This document shows positions 39,537 to 48,582 of a DNA stretch of 64,000 nucleotides, piece after piece (position 1 is the stretch's first letter; each line of letters begins with the position of its first letter). The notes beneath the pieces are model-generated. The model was not told the DNA's origin, made no database searches, and saw nothing but the letters and a program-made list of their open reading frames with translations. The stretch is taken from contig CAVXJS010000007.1 of the NCBI GenBank assembly GCA_963762145.1, forward strand, positions 64,001-128,000, read 5' to 3'. The DNA comes from an uncultured Candidatus Rokubacteria bacterium. GTDB taxonomy: Bacteria > Methylomirabilota > Methylomirabilia > Rokubacteriales > CSP1-6. Position numbers and translations under genes: made by a program.

Positions 39537-40382
39537 TCACCGATGGCGGGCGAGGTGGGAGAGGAGCGCGCGGGTGGCCGCCGCCGGGTCCTGGTCGGTC
39601 ACGAAGTGGCCGATCCCGGGCAGCACCTCGAACCGGAAGGGGCCGGTGACGAAGTCGGCGGTGAAGCGGGCCGCGGACGGGCCGACGGTGGCGTCGGCGT
39701 CGCCCCAGATGTAGAGCGTCGGCACCGTGACGGGGCCGACCTCCACCGCGGTGAGGGTCCCCGCGGCCCGGTACCAGGCGAGCGCGGCCTCCAGCGCCGC
39801 GGGCTCTCCCAGCACCGAGAGGTACTCGGCCACCGCGGCGTCCGGGACCCCCTGCTCGCCGAGGCGGGCCCGTAGCCGGCGCGCTCCATCCTCCAGGAGC
39901 CGCGGGCCGGTGGTCGGGTCGTGGAAGCTCTTGTGATGGCGGGAGCGGTGCCGCTGCTCGTCGGCGTTCTCCTTGAACGCCCGCCGGAAGGCCGCGGGAT
40001 GCGGGCGCGAGAGGACGGTGAGCGAGCGGATACGCGCCGGATGGCGGTGCGCGGTGACCCAGCTCACGTGCCCACCCCAGTCGTGGCCGACCAGATGGAA
40101 GGGCTCGCCGGGCCCGGCCACCGCGTCGGCCAGGTCCAGGACGTCGCGGACCAGGCGGTCGATCGCGTAGGCGTCGAGGCCGCGGGCGGGATCCGGCCGC
40201 ACCCCGGGGGAGTACCCGCGCTGGTCGGGCGCCACCGCGCGAAATCCGGCCGCGCCGAGCGCGGGGAGCTGGTGGCGCCAGGTGTGGCGCGTCTGCGGGT
40301 AGCCGTGGAGGAGGAGGACCAGCGGGCCGGGGCCGGGGCCGGTGGTGTCGGCGGTGAAGTGGCCTTCGGGGGTCGCGATCAT
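39537..40382 (-). CDS. Alpha/beta hydrolase (epoxide hydrolase-like)
   Basis: LLHGYPQ, PDQRGYS, GHDWGG, WGDAD, GHF. Confidence 0.9.
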   Translation of the reverse strand: MIATPEGHFTADTTGPGPGPLVLLLHGYPQTRHTWRHQLPALGAAGFRAVAPDQRGYSPGVRPDPARGLDAYAIDRLVRDVLDLADAVAGPGEPFHLVGHDWGGHVSWVTAHRHPARIRSLTVLSRPHPAAFRRAFKENADEQRHRSRHHKSFHDPTTGPRLLEDGARRLRARLGEQGVPDAAVAEYLSVLGEPAALEAALAWYRAAGTLTAVEVGPVTVPTLYIWGDADATVGPSAARFTADFVTGPFRFEVLPGIGHFVTDQDPAAATRALLSHLARHR

Positions 40383-41194
40383 GCGCTCTCGGAAAGCGGG
40401 CTGGTCCAGACCGTGAACTTCGTGAGCGTGGTGTTGCCGAACGAGGTGGTCAGCGCCACGTCCACCGCGTCGCGCCCGCGGCCCATCAGCACGCGGCCGA
40501 TGCGGGGCTCGTTGTGTCGGGCGTCCAGGGTGTGCCAGCCGTCGCCCAGGTAGACCTCGAGCCACGCCGAGAAGTCCATGGGATTGGGATCCGGCGGCAC
40601 GCCGATGTCGCCCAGGTATCCGGTGGCGTAGCGGGCCGGGACGTTGAGCGCGCGCAGGATCGTGATCGCGAGGTGCTGGAAGTCGCGACAGACCCCCTGC
40701 CGCTCGGTGAAGACGTCGAACGCGGTCTTGGTGGGGCGCGAGTACTGGTAGCCGAAGGTCACGTGCTCGTGCACCCAGTCCACCACCGCCTGCACCCGCT
40801 CCCAGGTCTCCGGCGTCTTGCCGAAGAGGTCCCAGGCGATGGCGGTCATCCGGTCCACCTCGCAGTAGCGGCTCGCGAGCAGATAGCGAAGGGAGTCGGG
40901 GGGCAGCGCCGCCACCGGGACCAGCGGCAGCCCCTCGATCGTGGGCTCGGGGCTCCCGCTGTCCGTCACCACGTTGTCGTAGCGGATCCGCAGGGTCCCG
41001 GCTGGCGCCAGTACCCGCGCGCCGCGGTTGCCGAACCAGTCGACGAAGCTCTCGACCGGGACCGCCGGCTCGACCACGATGCCCTCGGGCTGCTGGAGCG
41101 CGGGCGCCACCTCGGGACGGACGTAGAGCATCAGGAGCATCGGGGTGGGCTGGGGCACCTCGAAGACCAGCTCGTGCCCGATGCGGATCCGCAT
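40379..41194 (-). CDS. Transglutaminase-like protein
   Basis: YLLASRYCEVD, GVCRDFQHL, PARYATGYL, DFSAW, GRDAVD. Confidence 0.92.
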   Translation of the reverse strand: MRIRIGHELVFEVPQPTPMLLMLYVRPEVAPALQQPEGIVVEPAVPVESFVDWFGNRGARVLAPAGTLRIRYDNVVTDSGSPEPTIEGLPLVPVAALPPDSLRYLLASRYCEVDRMTAIAWDLFGKTPETWERVQAVVDWVHEHVTFGYQYSRPTKTAFDVFTERQGVCRDFQHLAITILRALNVPARYATGYLGDIGVPPDPNPMDFSAWLEVYLGDGWHTLDARHNEPRIGRVLMGRGRDAVDVALTTSFGNTTLTKFTVWTSPLSESA

Positions 41195-41309
41195 GGCTCA
41201 CGGTAATCCCCGTCCGTGTGGCGGTCAATCGCATCGCGGCCGGTTCTGGTAACATACTGCTCCGGATGCCCAGAATCGGAGCAGGGCCCCGCAGCGGAGC
41301 CGGCACGCC

Positions 41310-42156
41310 ATGACCTACTGTGTCGGGATCTGGACCAAGTACGGCCTGGTGATGGCGTCGGACTCGCGGACCAACGCGGGCTACGACCAGGTCAACATCG
41401 CGCGCAAGATGCACACCTTCGTCCAGCCGGGCGAGCGCGTGTTCATCCTGCTCAGCAGCGGCAGCCTCTCCTGCACGCAGTCGATCATCACCCTGCTCCA
41501 GCGCGACTTCGACCAGGGCAAGGGGCTGGCGCAGGCGCCGTCGCTCTACGACGCGGCCCGCATCATCGGCGAGCAGGTGCGCCGCGTCTCGGACATGGAT
41601 CGGGACGCCCTCGAGCGCGACGACTACAAGTTCAACGTCCACCTGGTGCTGGGCGGGCAGGTGCGAGGAGAGTCGCCCGGCCTCTTCATCATCTACCCGC
41701 AGGGCAACCCGCTGCAGGCGAGCGTGGACTCGCCGTACCTCCAGATCGGCGAGACGAAGTACGGGCGGCCGATCCTCGACCGCGGCATCCGCTTCGAGCG
41801 CACGACGCTGGAGGAGGCGGCGAAGTACGCGCTGCTCTCGATCGACTCGACGATGCGGTCGAACGTGACGGTGGGCCCGCCGGTGGACCTGCTCGCCTAC
41901 GAGGTGGACGAGCTCGAGATCACCCGGCTGCGCCGGTTCCCCGCGGGCGACCCCGACCTCCTCAAGATCGGCATGCGCTGGGAGCAGGCCCTCCGGCAGG
42001 CGGTGGGTCGGCTGCCGCAGATCCGGTTCCGGGCCCGCCGGCCCACGGAGCCGTCCCAGATGCCGCCCGCGGAGACGATCGAGCTCGTCGAGCCGGCTCG
42101 GGACCGAGGTCCCGAGCGCCGAGCTGCAGCCGCAGGCCAAACCGCCATCATCCTGA
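41310..42156 (+). CDS. Anbu proteasome-type (Ntn) protease; end inferred (as sequenced it reads through into the AOR)
   Basis: MTYCVG...SDSRTNAG, LGGQ, IYPQGN, QIGETKYGRPILDR, DSTMRSNVTVGPP. A frameshift near 42098 would end it at TGA 42154-42156. Confidence 0.85.
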
Positions 42157-42176
42157 CCGAACCCAAGGAGCGAGCG

Positions 42177-43889
42177 ATGCGCACCTACTACGACATCCGC
42201 CTGAGCGACCGGAACATCACCAAGCGCGAGCTGGAGGGCGAGGCCATCGTGAAGGCCGGCCGGTACTTCATCGCCAGGACCCTGCTCGACCTGGGCGCGG
42301 CCACCGTCGATCCGCTCTCGCCCGCCAATCCGCTGATCTTTTCGGCGGGGCCCTTCGCGGGGACCAGCTTCTCCAACGCCAACCGCACGAGCGTGGGCTG
42401 CAAGAGCCCGCTCACCGGCGGCATCAAGGAGGCCAACGGGGGCGGCAGCTTCAGCTACGGGCTCGGCCAGCAGAAGATCGCCGGGTTCACCCTGCTGGAC
42501 GCCTCGCCCGACTGGGTGGTCATCCACTTCAAGAAGGACGGCACGATCGAGTTCGACGACGCCAAGCCGTACCTGGGCAAGGGCAATTTCGAGGCCCAGA
42601 ACATGCTGCACGCCAAGTACGGCAAGAAGGTCACGATCGCCCTCTGCGGCCCGGTGGGCGAGTACGAGGGCCTGATCGCGGGCATCGCCTTCAGCGACAA
42701 GGACGGGCGGCCCGCCCGGCTCTCCGCCCGCGGCGGCGTCGGCGCGGTCATGGGATCGAAGAAGGTCAAGGCCGTCGTGGTGGACCTCGACAAGATCCCG
42801 CCGTTCTCCGACCCCAAGAAGGTGAACGCGGCCATCAAGAACTACGCGAAGATGCTCCAGGCCGATTCGATGGTATCCAACTTCTACGCCAAGGTCGGCA
42901 CCATGGGCATGGCCGATCTCCAGAACACGCTGGGCGGCCTGCCGGTGAACAACTTCAGCGTGGGCCGGCAGGTGGACGTCTCCACCGGCGAGAAGTTCAA
43001 GATGGGGGGCGAGTACATCAGCCAGCTCAACGTCTCGCGCGGCGGCGAGCACACCCACGCCTGCATGCCCGGCTGCGTGATCCAGTGCAGCAACATCTAC
43101 GCGGACAAGGACGGCAAGGAAGTGGTCTCCCCGGTCGAGTACGAGACGCTCGGCCTGCTCGGGACCAACTGCGGCCTCACCGATCCCGACGACCTCGCCC
43201 AGATGAACTACCTCGCCAACGACCTGGGCGTCGACACCATCGAGCTGGGGGCCATGATCGCGGTGCTGATGGAGGCGGGCCTCGGCCGCTTCGGGGACGT
43301 GACGTTCATGGCCGAGTGCCTGGCCGAGATCCGGAAGGGCTCCGAGAAGGGGCGGATCTGGGCCCAGGGCACCGCGCGGGTCGGCGAGCACTACCAGGTC
43401 AAGCGGGTGCCGGTCATCAAGAAGCAGGCGATCAGCGCCTACGATCCGCGGGTCGTCGAGGCCACCGGCATCACCATGATGGCCACCGCCCAGGGCGCCG
43501 ACCACACCGCGGGGAACCTGCCGCGGCTCAAGACGCGCGAGATGGAGGCTCCCGCCATCGTGGAGCAGAGCGTGGCCCACCAGGCGCGGGTGGCCGCCAA
43601 CGACTCCCTCGGCCTCTGCATCTTCGGCATGAGCGTGACCAATCCCAATACCGAGTGGCTCACCGAGACCATCAACGCGGCCCACGGCACCACGCTGACC
43701 AAGGACTTCTTCGAGGCTCTCGGCCGCCAGGCCCTCAAGCTCGAGCACGAGTTCAACAAGCGGGCCGGCTTCACCGCCAAGGACGACGAGCTACCCGAGT
43801 TCTTCTACGCGGAGGCGCTGCCGCCGACCAATCACGTGGCGCGCTTCCACGCCGCCGACGTGCAGGGCATGTACGAGCGACTAGTCTGA
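42177..43889 (+). CDS. Aldehyde:ferredoxin oxidoreductase family (W/Mo-pterin) protein
   Basis: Own AAGGAG RBS; KSPLTGGIKEANGGG, RGGVGAVMGSKKVKA, CMPGCVIQC, EYET, NDLGVDTI, DSLGLC. Confidence 0.9.
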   Translation: MRTYYDIRLSDRNITKRELEGEAIVKAGRYFIARTLLDLGAATVDPLSPANPLIFSAGPFAGTSFSNANRTSVGCKSPLTGGIKEANGGGSFSYGLGQQKIAGFTLLDASPDWVVIHFKKDGTIEFDDAKPYLGKGNFEAQNMLHAKYGKKVTIALCGPVGEYEGLIAGIAFSDKDGRPARLSARGGVGAVMGSKKVKAVVVDLDKIPPFSDPKKVNAAIKNYAKMLQADSMVSNFYAKVGTMGMADLQNTLGGLPVNNFSVGRQVDVSTGEKFKMGGEYISQLNVSRGGEHTHACMPGCVIQCSNIYADKDGKEVVSPVEYETLGLLGTNCGLTDPDDLAQMNYLANDLGVDTIELGAMIAVLMEAGLGRFGDVTFMAECLAEIRKGSEKGRIWAQGTARVGEHYQVKRVPVIKKQAISAYDPRVVEATGITMMATAQGADHTAGNLPRLKTREMEAPAIVEQSVAHQARVAANDSLGLCIFGMSVTNPNTEWLTETINAAHGTTLTKDFFEALGRQALKLEHEFNKRAGFTAKDDELPEFFYAEALPPTNHVARFHAADVQGMYERLV

Positions 43890-43892
43890 TCC

Positions 43893-43937
43893 GGGGGGAG
43901 TCCGGGGGAGCGACCGCCGCTCCCCCGGACTCCCCCC
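43893..43937. repeat. Perfect 20-bp GC hairpin (REP-like, or terminator/stabiliser)
   Basis: GGGGGGAGTCCGGGGGAGCG-ACCGC-CGCTCCCCCGGACTCCCCCC; no U-tract. Confidence 0.75.
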
Positions 43938-43975
43938 ACCGGTTTCGAGATGGATGGGGGACCAGAAAGGCATTC

Positions 43976-44872
43976 ATGGCCAAGAGTGAGCGGATCTTCG
44001 GAATCGTTCCGCCGATGACCACGCCGTTTCGTCCCGACGACACCATCGACGAGGCCGCGCTGCGCACGGAGGCGCGCTTCATGGTCGAGACCGCGCGGGT
44101 GCACGGTCTCGCGGTGACCGGCAGCACCGGCGAGGGCCACGTCCTCTCCACCGACGAGGTGCGCCGCATCACCGCCGCGGTGGTGGAGGAGGTGCGCGGC
44201 CGCGTGCCGGTCATCACCGGCATCATCACCGACAGCACCGCGTCCGCGGTCGAGCGGGGCCTGTCGGTCAAGGACCTGGGGGTGGCCGCGCTCCAGGTCA
44301 CGCCGGTGCACTACCTGTTCCGGCCGGACGACGACGCGATGGTCCGCCACTTCGACACGCTGGCGAGCCGGACCGGCATGCCGATCATCATCTACAACGT
44401 GGTGCCGTGGACGTACCTGTCCCCGCAGCTCCTGGCCCGGATCATCAAGTCGGTGCCGGGGGTTGTCGGGGTCAAGCAGAGCGCGGGCGACATGAAGCTG
44501 CTCGCCGATTTGTTGCTGCTGGTGGGCGACGAAGCCCGCATCATGACCGCGGTGGACGCGCTGCTCTATCCCTCGTTCATACTGGGCGCCCACGGCGCGA
44601 TCGCGGCCATCCTCACCGCGGTGCCCGGCCTCTGCGTCCAGCTCTGGGATGCGGTGCAGGCGGGCGATCACAAGCAGGCGCTCGCGCTGCACGGCAAGCT
44701 GCTGCCGATCTGGAACGCGATCTTCCAGGACAATCTTCCCGCCAACGTGAAGCACTGTCAGGCCCTCATGGGACGCCCCGCCGGCGTCCCCCGCGCCCCG
44801 ATGCCGGCCACGTCGCCGGCCCAGGCCGTGGCGATCCACGCGGCGCTCCAGGGCGCCGGCGTGCTCCAGTAG
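43976..44872 (+). CDS. Dihydrodipicolinate synthase / class I aldolase family protein
   Basis: GIVPPMTTPF, GSTGEG, IYNV, GVKQS (Schiff-base Lys). Confidence 0.9.
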   Translation: MAKSERIFGIVPPMTTPFRPDDTIDEAALRTEARFMVETARVHGLAVTGSTGEGHVLSTDEVRRITAAVVEEVRGRVPVITGIITDSTASAVERGLSVKDLGVAALQVTPVHYLFRPDDDAMVRHFDTLASRTGMPIIIYNVVPWTYLSPQLLARIIKSVPGVVGVKQSAGDMKLLADLLLLVGDEARIMTAVDALLYPSFILGAHGAIAAILTAVPGLCVQLWDAVQAGDHKQALALHGKLLPIWNAIFQDNLPANVKHCQALMGRPAGVPRAPMPATSPAQAVAIHAALQGAGVLQ

Positions 44873-44917
44873 ATCCCGATGTCCACGTCTCCACATCGCA
44901 GTCAAGGAGGACACAGC

Positions 44918-46276
44918 ATGGCTGATCTGGAAGAGGGTACGAAGTCTGCCGGCAAGACCACGGTCGATCGGCGCGGCTTTCTCAAGACCGCCGGCGCGGC
45001 CGCCGCGGTCGCGGGCGGCATCGAGGGCATCCTGGCCGCGCGCCGGGCCCCCGCCTTCGCGCAGGGGACCAAGCTGCACTGGGTGCGCTGGGTGGACTTC
45101 GTGCCCGAGTCCGACGTCGAGCTGAAGCGGCAGATGCCGGAGGCCTCCAAGGCCCTGGGGGCGGAGGTCGTGCTGGAGACGATCAACGCCAACGACCTGC
45201 AGCCGCGCATCACGGCCGCGATCCAGTCGGGCTCCGGCGCCGACATCTTCATGTTCCAGTACAACTGGGCGCACCTCTACCAGAACGCGGTGGTGGACGT
45301 CAGCGACGTGGCGGGCGAGCTGGGCAAGGCGGAGGGCGGCTTCTACGACATCTATCCGCCCTCCATGCAGGTCAACGGCAATTGGCTCGCGGTCCCGCAC
45401 TCCATCGTGGGCAACGCGGTCGCCTACCGGAAGTCGTGGCTCAAGGAGGCGGGCGCGAGCCAGTATCCGAAGACGTGGGACGAGGCCCGCAAGCTGTTCA
45501 CCGCGCTCAAGAAGAAGGGCAAGCCCTACGGCCAGACCCTCGGCCACACCTTCGGCGACGCCCCGGTGTTCACCTACACCATGCTCTGGGCCTTCGGGGG
45601 CGCCGAGACCGATCAGAGCGGCAAGAAGGTCGTGCTCAACAGCAAGGGCGCGATCGAGGCGGTGAAGTTCATGCAGGCCTTCTGGAAGGACGCGTGCGAT
45701 GAGGGCGGGCTCGCCTGGGACGACACCAACAACAACCGTGCCTTCCACGCGGGCGAGATCTCCGCGTCGCTGAACGGGGCCAGCATCTACCTGGTGGCCA
45801 AGCGGCAGAAGGAGAAGATCAAGGACGACAAGGGCGAGCCGATGTGGACCGACATCGACCACGCGCCGCTCCCGGCCGGCCCGGCGGGGGCCTACCTGCT
45901 CTTCCTGAACCACGGCCACGCGGTCATGAAGCACAGCAAGAACCAGAAGGCGGCCAAGGACCTGATCCGCTGGCTGCACAAGAAGGAGAACTACGAGAAG
46001 TGGTTCCTCACCCAGGAGGCGTACAGCGTGGGCGCCACCAAGGTCTGGGAGAACCATCCGATGTGGGGCAAGGTGGACGAGCCGCTCAAGATGTTCCGCA
46101 CCGCGGCGCGCAGCAGCCGCCTCTTCGGCTACGCGGGGCCGTCGACCGCCAAGGCCACCGAGGTCTTCACCAAGTACATCATCACCGACATGTACGCCAA
46201 GGCCGCGCAGGGCATGAAGGCGGAGGACGCCGTGCAGTGGGCGGACGTCGAGCTCAAGAAGATCTACGAGGGATAG
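44918..46276 (+). CDS. Carbohydrate-type ABC substrate-binding protein with Tat signal
   Basis: DRRGFLK twin-arginine motif, PKTWDE, WDDTNNNRAF, NGASIY. Confidence 0.9.
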   Translation: MADLEEGTKSAGKTTVDRRGFLKTAGAAAAVAGGIEGILAARRAPAFAQGTKLHWVRWVDFVPESDVELKRQMPEASKALGAEVVLETINANDLQPRITAAIQSGSGADIFMFQYNWAHLYQNAVVDVSDVAGELGKAEGGFYDIYPPSMQVNGNWLAVPHSIVGNAVAYRKSWLKEAGASQYPKTWDEARKLFTALKKKGKPYGQTLGHTFGDAPVFTYTMLWAFGGAETDQSGKKVVLNSKGAIEAVKFMQAFWKDACDEGGLAWDDTNNNRAFHAGEISASLNGASIYLVAKRQKEKIKDDKGEPMWTDIDHAPLPAGPAGAYLLFLNHGHAVMKHSKNQKAAKDLIRWLHKKENYEKWFLTQEAYSVGATKVWENHPMWGKVDEPLKMFRTAARSSRLFGYAGPSTAKATEVFTKYIITDMYAKAAQGMKAEDAVQWADVELKKIYEG

Positions 46277-46279
46277 CCG

Positions 46280-47299
46280 ATGAGGGCGGCGGTTCTGCGC
46301 GAGCCGGGTCCGGCCGAGAACCTGCGGCTGGAGGACGTGGACGATCCCACGCCCGGCCCGGGAGAGGTCGTGGTCCGGCTCCGCGCCGCCGCCCTCAATC
46401 ATCGCGACGTGTGGATTCGCAGTGGTACCGGCGCGTACGCGGGAGGGTTCCGCCAGCGCGTCATCCTCGGCTCGGACGGCGCGGGGGAGGTGACCGCGGT
46501 CGGCGCGGGGGTCGATCCCGCGCTGGCCGGGCGTGCGGTGGTCATCAACCCGAGCCTCGACTGGGGCGACGACGGTGTCGCTCAGGGTCCGGAGTTTCGC
46601 ATCCTGGGCCTGCCCGACGACGGTACCTACGCTCAGGGGATCAAGGTGCCGGCGCGGAACGTGCACCCCAAGCCGGCCGCGCTGTCATTCGAGGAAGCGG
46701 CCGCCATCCCGCTCGCCGGGCTCACCGCCTATCGCGCGGTGGTCAGCCGTGCCCAGGTGCGGACGGGGGAGACCGTGCTCGTGACCGGGATCGGCGGCGG
46801 GGTGTCGACCTTTGCGCTTCAGATCGCGGCCGCCCGCGGGGCCCGTGTGCTGGTGACGTCGGGGAGCGACGCCAAGCTGGCCCGCGCCCGCGAGCTCGGC
46901 GCGGCGGGCGGGGCCAACTACCGCACCCAGGACTGGGCCAAGGAGATCCTCGCCCTCACCGGCGGGCGCGGGCCGGACGCGGTCATCGACAGCGTGGGCG
47001 GCGAGACCTTCGCCCGCGCGGTGGACCTGCTGCGGCCGGGCGGGCGCATCGCGACCTACGGCGCGACCACCGGCCCGGTGCGCGAGCTCGTCCTGCGCGC
47101 GGTGTTCTGGCGTCAGATCTCGGTGCTGGGCACCACCATGGGCAGCCCGGCCGAGTTCGGCGACATGCTGAACCTCTATGCGCGCGACGGGCTCCGCCCG
47201 GTGGTGGACCGGGTCTTCCCGCTCGCCGAGGCGGCCGCCGCCCATCGGCGCATGGAAGAGGCGGGGCAGTTCGGCAAGATCGTCCTCGTCGCGGCCTGA
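46280..47299 (+). CDS. MDR family zinc-binding dehydrogenase / quinone oxidoreductase
   Basis: AALNHRD, GSDGAG, TGIGGGV, GTTMGS, QFGKIVL. Confidence 0.9.
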   Translation: MRAAVLREPGPAENLRLEDVDDPTPGPGEVVVRLRAAALNHRDVWIRSGTGAYAGGFRQRVILGSDGAGEVTAVGAGVDPALAGRAVVINPSLDWGDDGVAQGPEFRILGLPDDGTYAQGIKVPARNVHPKPAALSFEEAAAIPLAGLTAYRAVVSRAQVRTGETVLVTGIGGGVSTFALQIAAARGARVLVTSGSDAKLARARELGAAGGANYRTQDWAKEILALTGGRGPDAVIDSVGGETFARAVDLLRPGGRIATYGATTGPVRELVLRAVFWRQISVLGTTMGSPAEFGDMLNLYARDGLRPVVDRVFPLAEAAAAHRRMEEAGQFGKIVLVAA

Positions 47300-48384
47300 T
47301 GCGTCTGCGCGAGGTGCGGGCGGACCACTATCGCATCCCGCTGCCGGTGGCGCTCTCCGACAGCACCCACGGCGTCATCGAGGGCTTCGAGCTGGTCACG
47401 GTGCGCCTCCGCGACGAGGAGGGCGCCGAGGGCGTCGGCTACACCTACACGGTGGGCACCGGCGGCGCGGCGGTGCACGCGCTACTCGGGCGAGACCTGG
47501 CGCCCCGGCTGCTCGGCCGCGAGGCCGAGCGCATCGAGGAGCTGTGGCAGGCCATGTGGTGGGCGCTCCACTACGGCGGTCGCGGCGGCGCCCAGATCTT
47601 CGCGATGTCGGCGGTGGACATCGCCCTGTGGGACCTGCGCGCGCGGCGGCAGGGGGCGCCGCTCTGGCGCGTGCTGGGCGGCTTCGATCCGCGCGTGCCC
47701 TGCTACGCGGGCGGCATCGATCTCGAGCTCCCGCTCGACGCGCTCCTGCGCCAGACCGACGACAACCTGGCCCGGGGCTTCCGCGCGATCAAGATGAAGG
47801 TGGGCCGCCCGTCTCTCCGGGAGGACGTCGAGCGCGTGCGCGCGATGCGCGCGCACCTGGGCCCCGAGTTCCCGTTGATGGTGGACGCCAACATGCGCTG
47901 GAGCGTGGACGACGCCATCCGCGCCGCCCGTGCGCTCCGCGACCTCGATCCGGTCTGGCTCGAGGAGCCGACGATTCCCGACGACGTCCCCGGCCACGCC
48001 CGCATCGTTCGCGAGGGCGGCCTGCCCATCGCGGCGGGTGAGAACCTCCACACGCTCCACGAGTTCCGCGCGCTCATCGCGGCCGGCGGGGTGACGTTCC
48101 CCGAGCCCGACGTCACCAACTGCGGCGGCATCACGTCGTTCATGAAGATCTGCCACCTCGCCGAGGCGTTCAACCTCCCGGTCACCTCGCACGGGGCCCA
48201 CGACGTCACCGTGCACCTGCTGGGCGCCGCGCCGAACCGCTCCTACCTCGAAGCCCACGGCTTCGGCCTCGATCGCTACATCGCGTCGCCGCTCGTCCTC
48301 GAAGACGGGCTCGCCATTGCGCCTGATCGCCCCGGCCACGGCATTGCGTTCGACTGGTCGGGACTGGAGAAGCTGCGCGCGTAA
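47299..48384 (+). CDS. Mandelate racemase / muconate lactonizing enzyme family (acid-sugar dehydratase-like)
   Basis: SAVDIALWD, KMKVG, MVDAN, WLEEP, GENL, SHG, PGHG. Confidence 0.9.
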   Translation: MRLREVRADHYRIPLPVALSDSTHGVIEGFELVTVRLRDEEGAEGVGYTYTVGTGGAAVHALLGRDLAPRLLGREAERIEELWQAMWWALHYGGRGGAQIFAMSAVDIALWDLRARRQGAPLWRVLGGFDPRVPCYAGGIDLELPLDALLRQTDDNLARGFRAIKMKVGRPSLREDVERVRAMRAHLGPEFPLMVDANMRWSVDDAIRAARALRDLDPVWLEEPTIPDDVPGHARIVREGGLPIAAGENLHTLHEFRALIAAGGVTFPEPDVTNCGGITSFMKICHLAEAFNLPVTSHGAHDVTVHLLGAAPNRSYLEAHGFGLDRYIASPLVLEDGLAIAPDRPGHGIAFDWSGLEKLRA

Positions 48385-48386
48385 CC

Positions 48387-48559
48387 GGCGGCCGCCAGCC
48401 GGGCGGGGGTGGGGGCAGGGGGTCTCTCACCACGACACGCTGCTTCGTCTTCTTGCAGGAGGAGTTCCCAATCCGGGAGGGCTAGCTTCTGGGCTTCCCT
48501 CGGCGGGGAACGGGTGAACCGACCCCCATGCCCCCACCCCCGCCCGGCTGGCGGCCGCC
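48387..48559. repeat. MITE/REPIN-like element with 31-bp perfect terminal inverted repeats
   Basis: GGCGGCCGCCAGCCGGGCGGGGGTGGGGGCA at 48387-48417 and its reverse complement at 48529-48559, extending imperfectly inward (GGGGGTC..TCACC). Confidence 0.8.
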
Positions 48560-48582
48560 TCGCCCCGTGGTCTCTTGATTCC

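Noticed and set aside
36350-44872. Very long ORFs 36350-39649 (+), 39537-43748 (-) and 41216-44872 (+)
   Set aside because: These are antisense or off-frame shadows of real genes, expected in stop-poor high-GC DNA. Only their terminal parts (hydrolase, DHDPS) are real.
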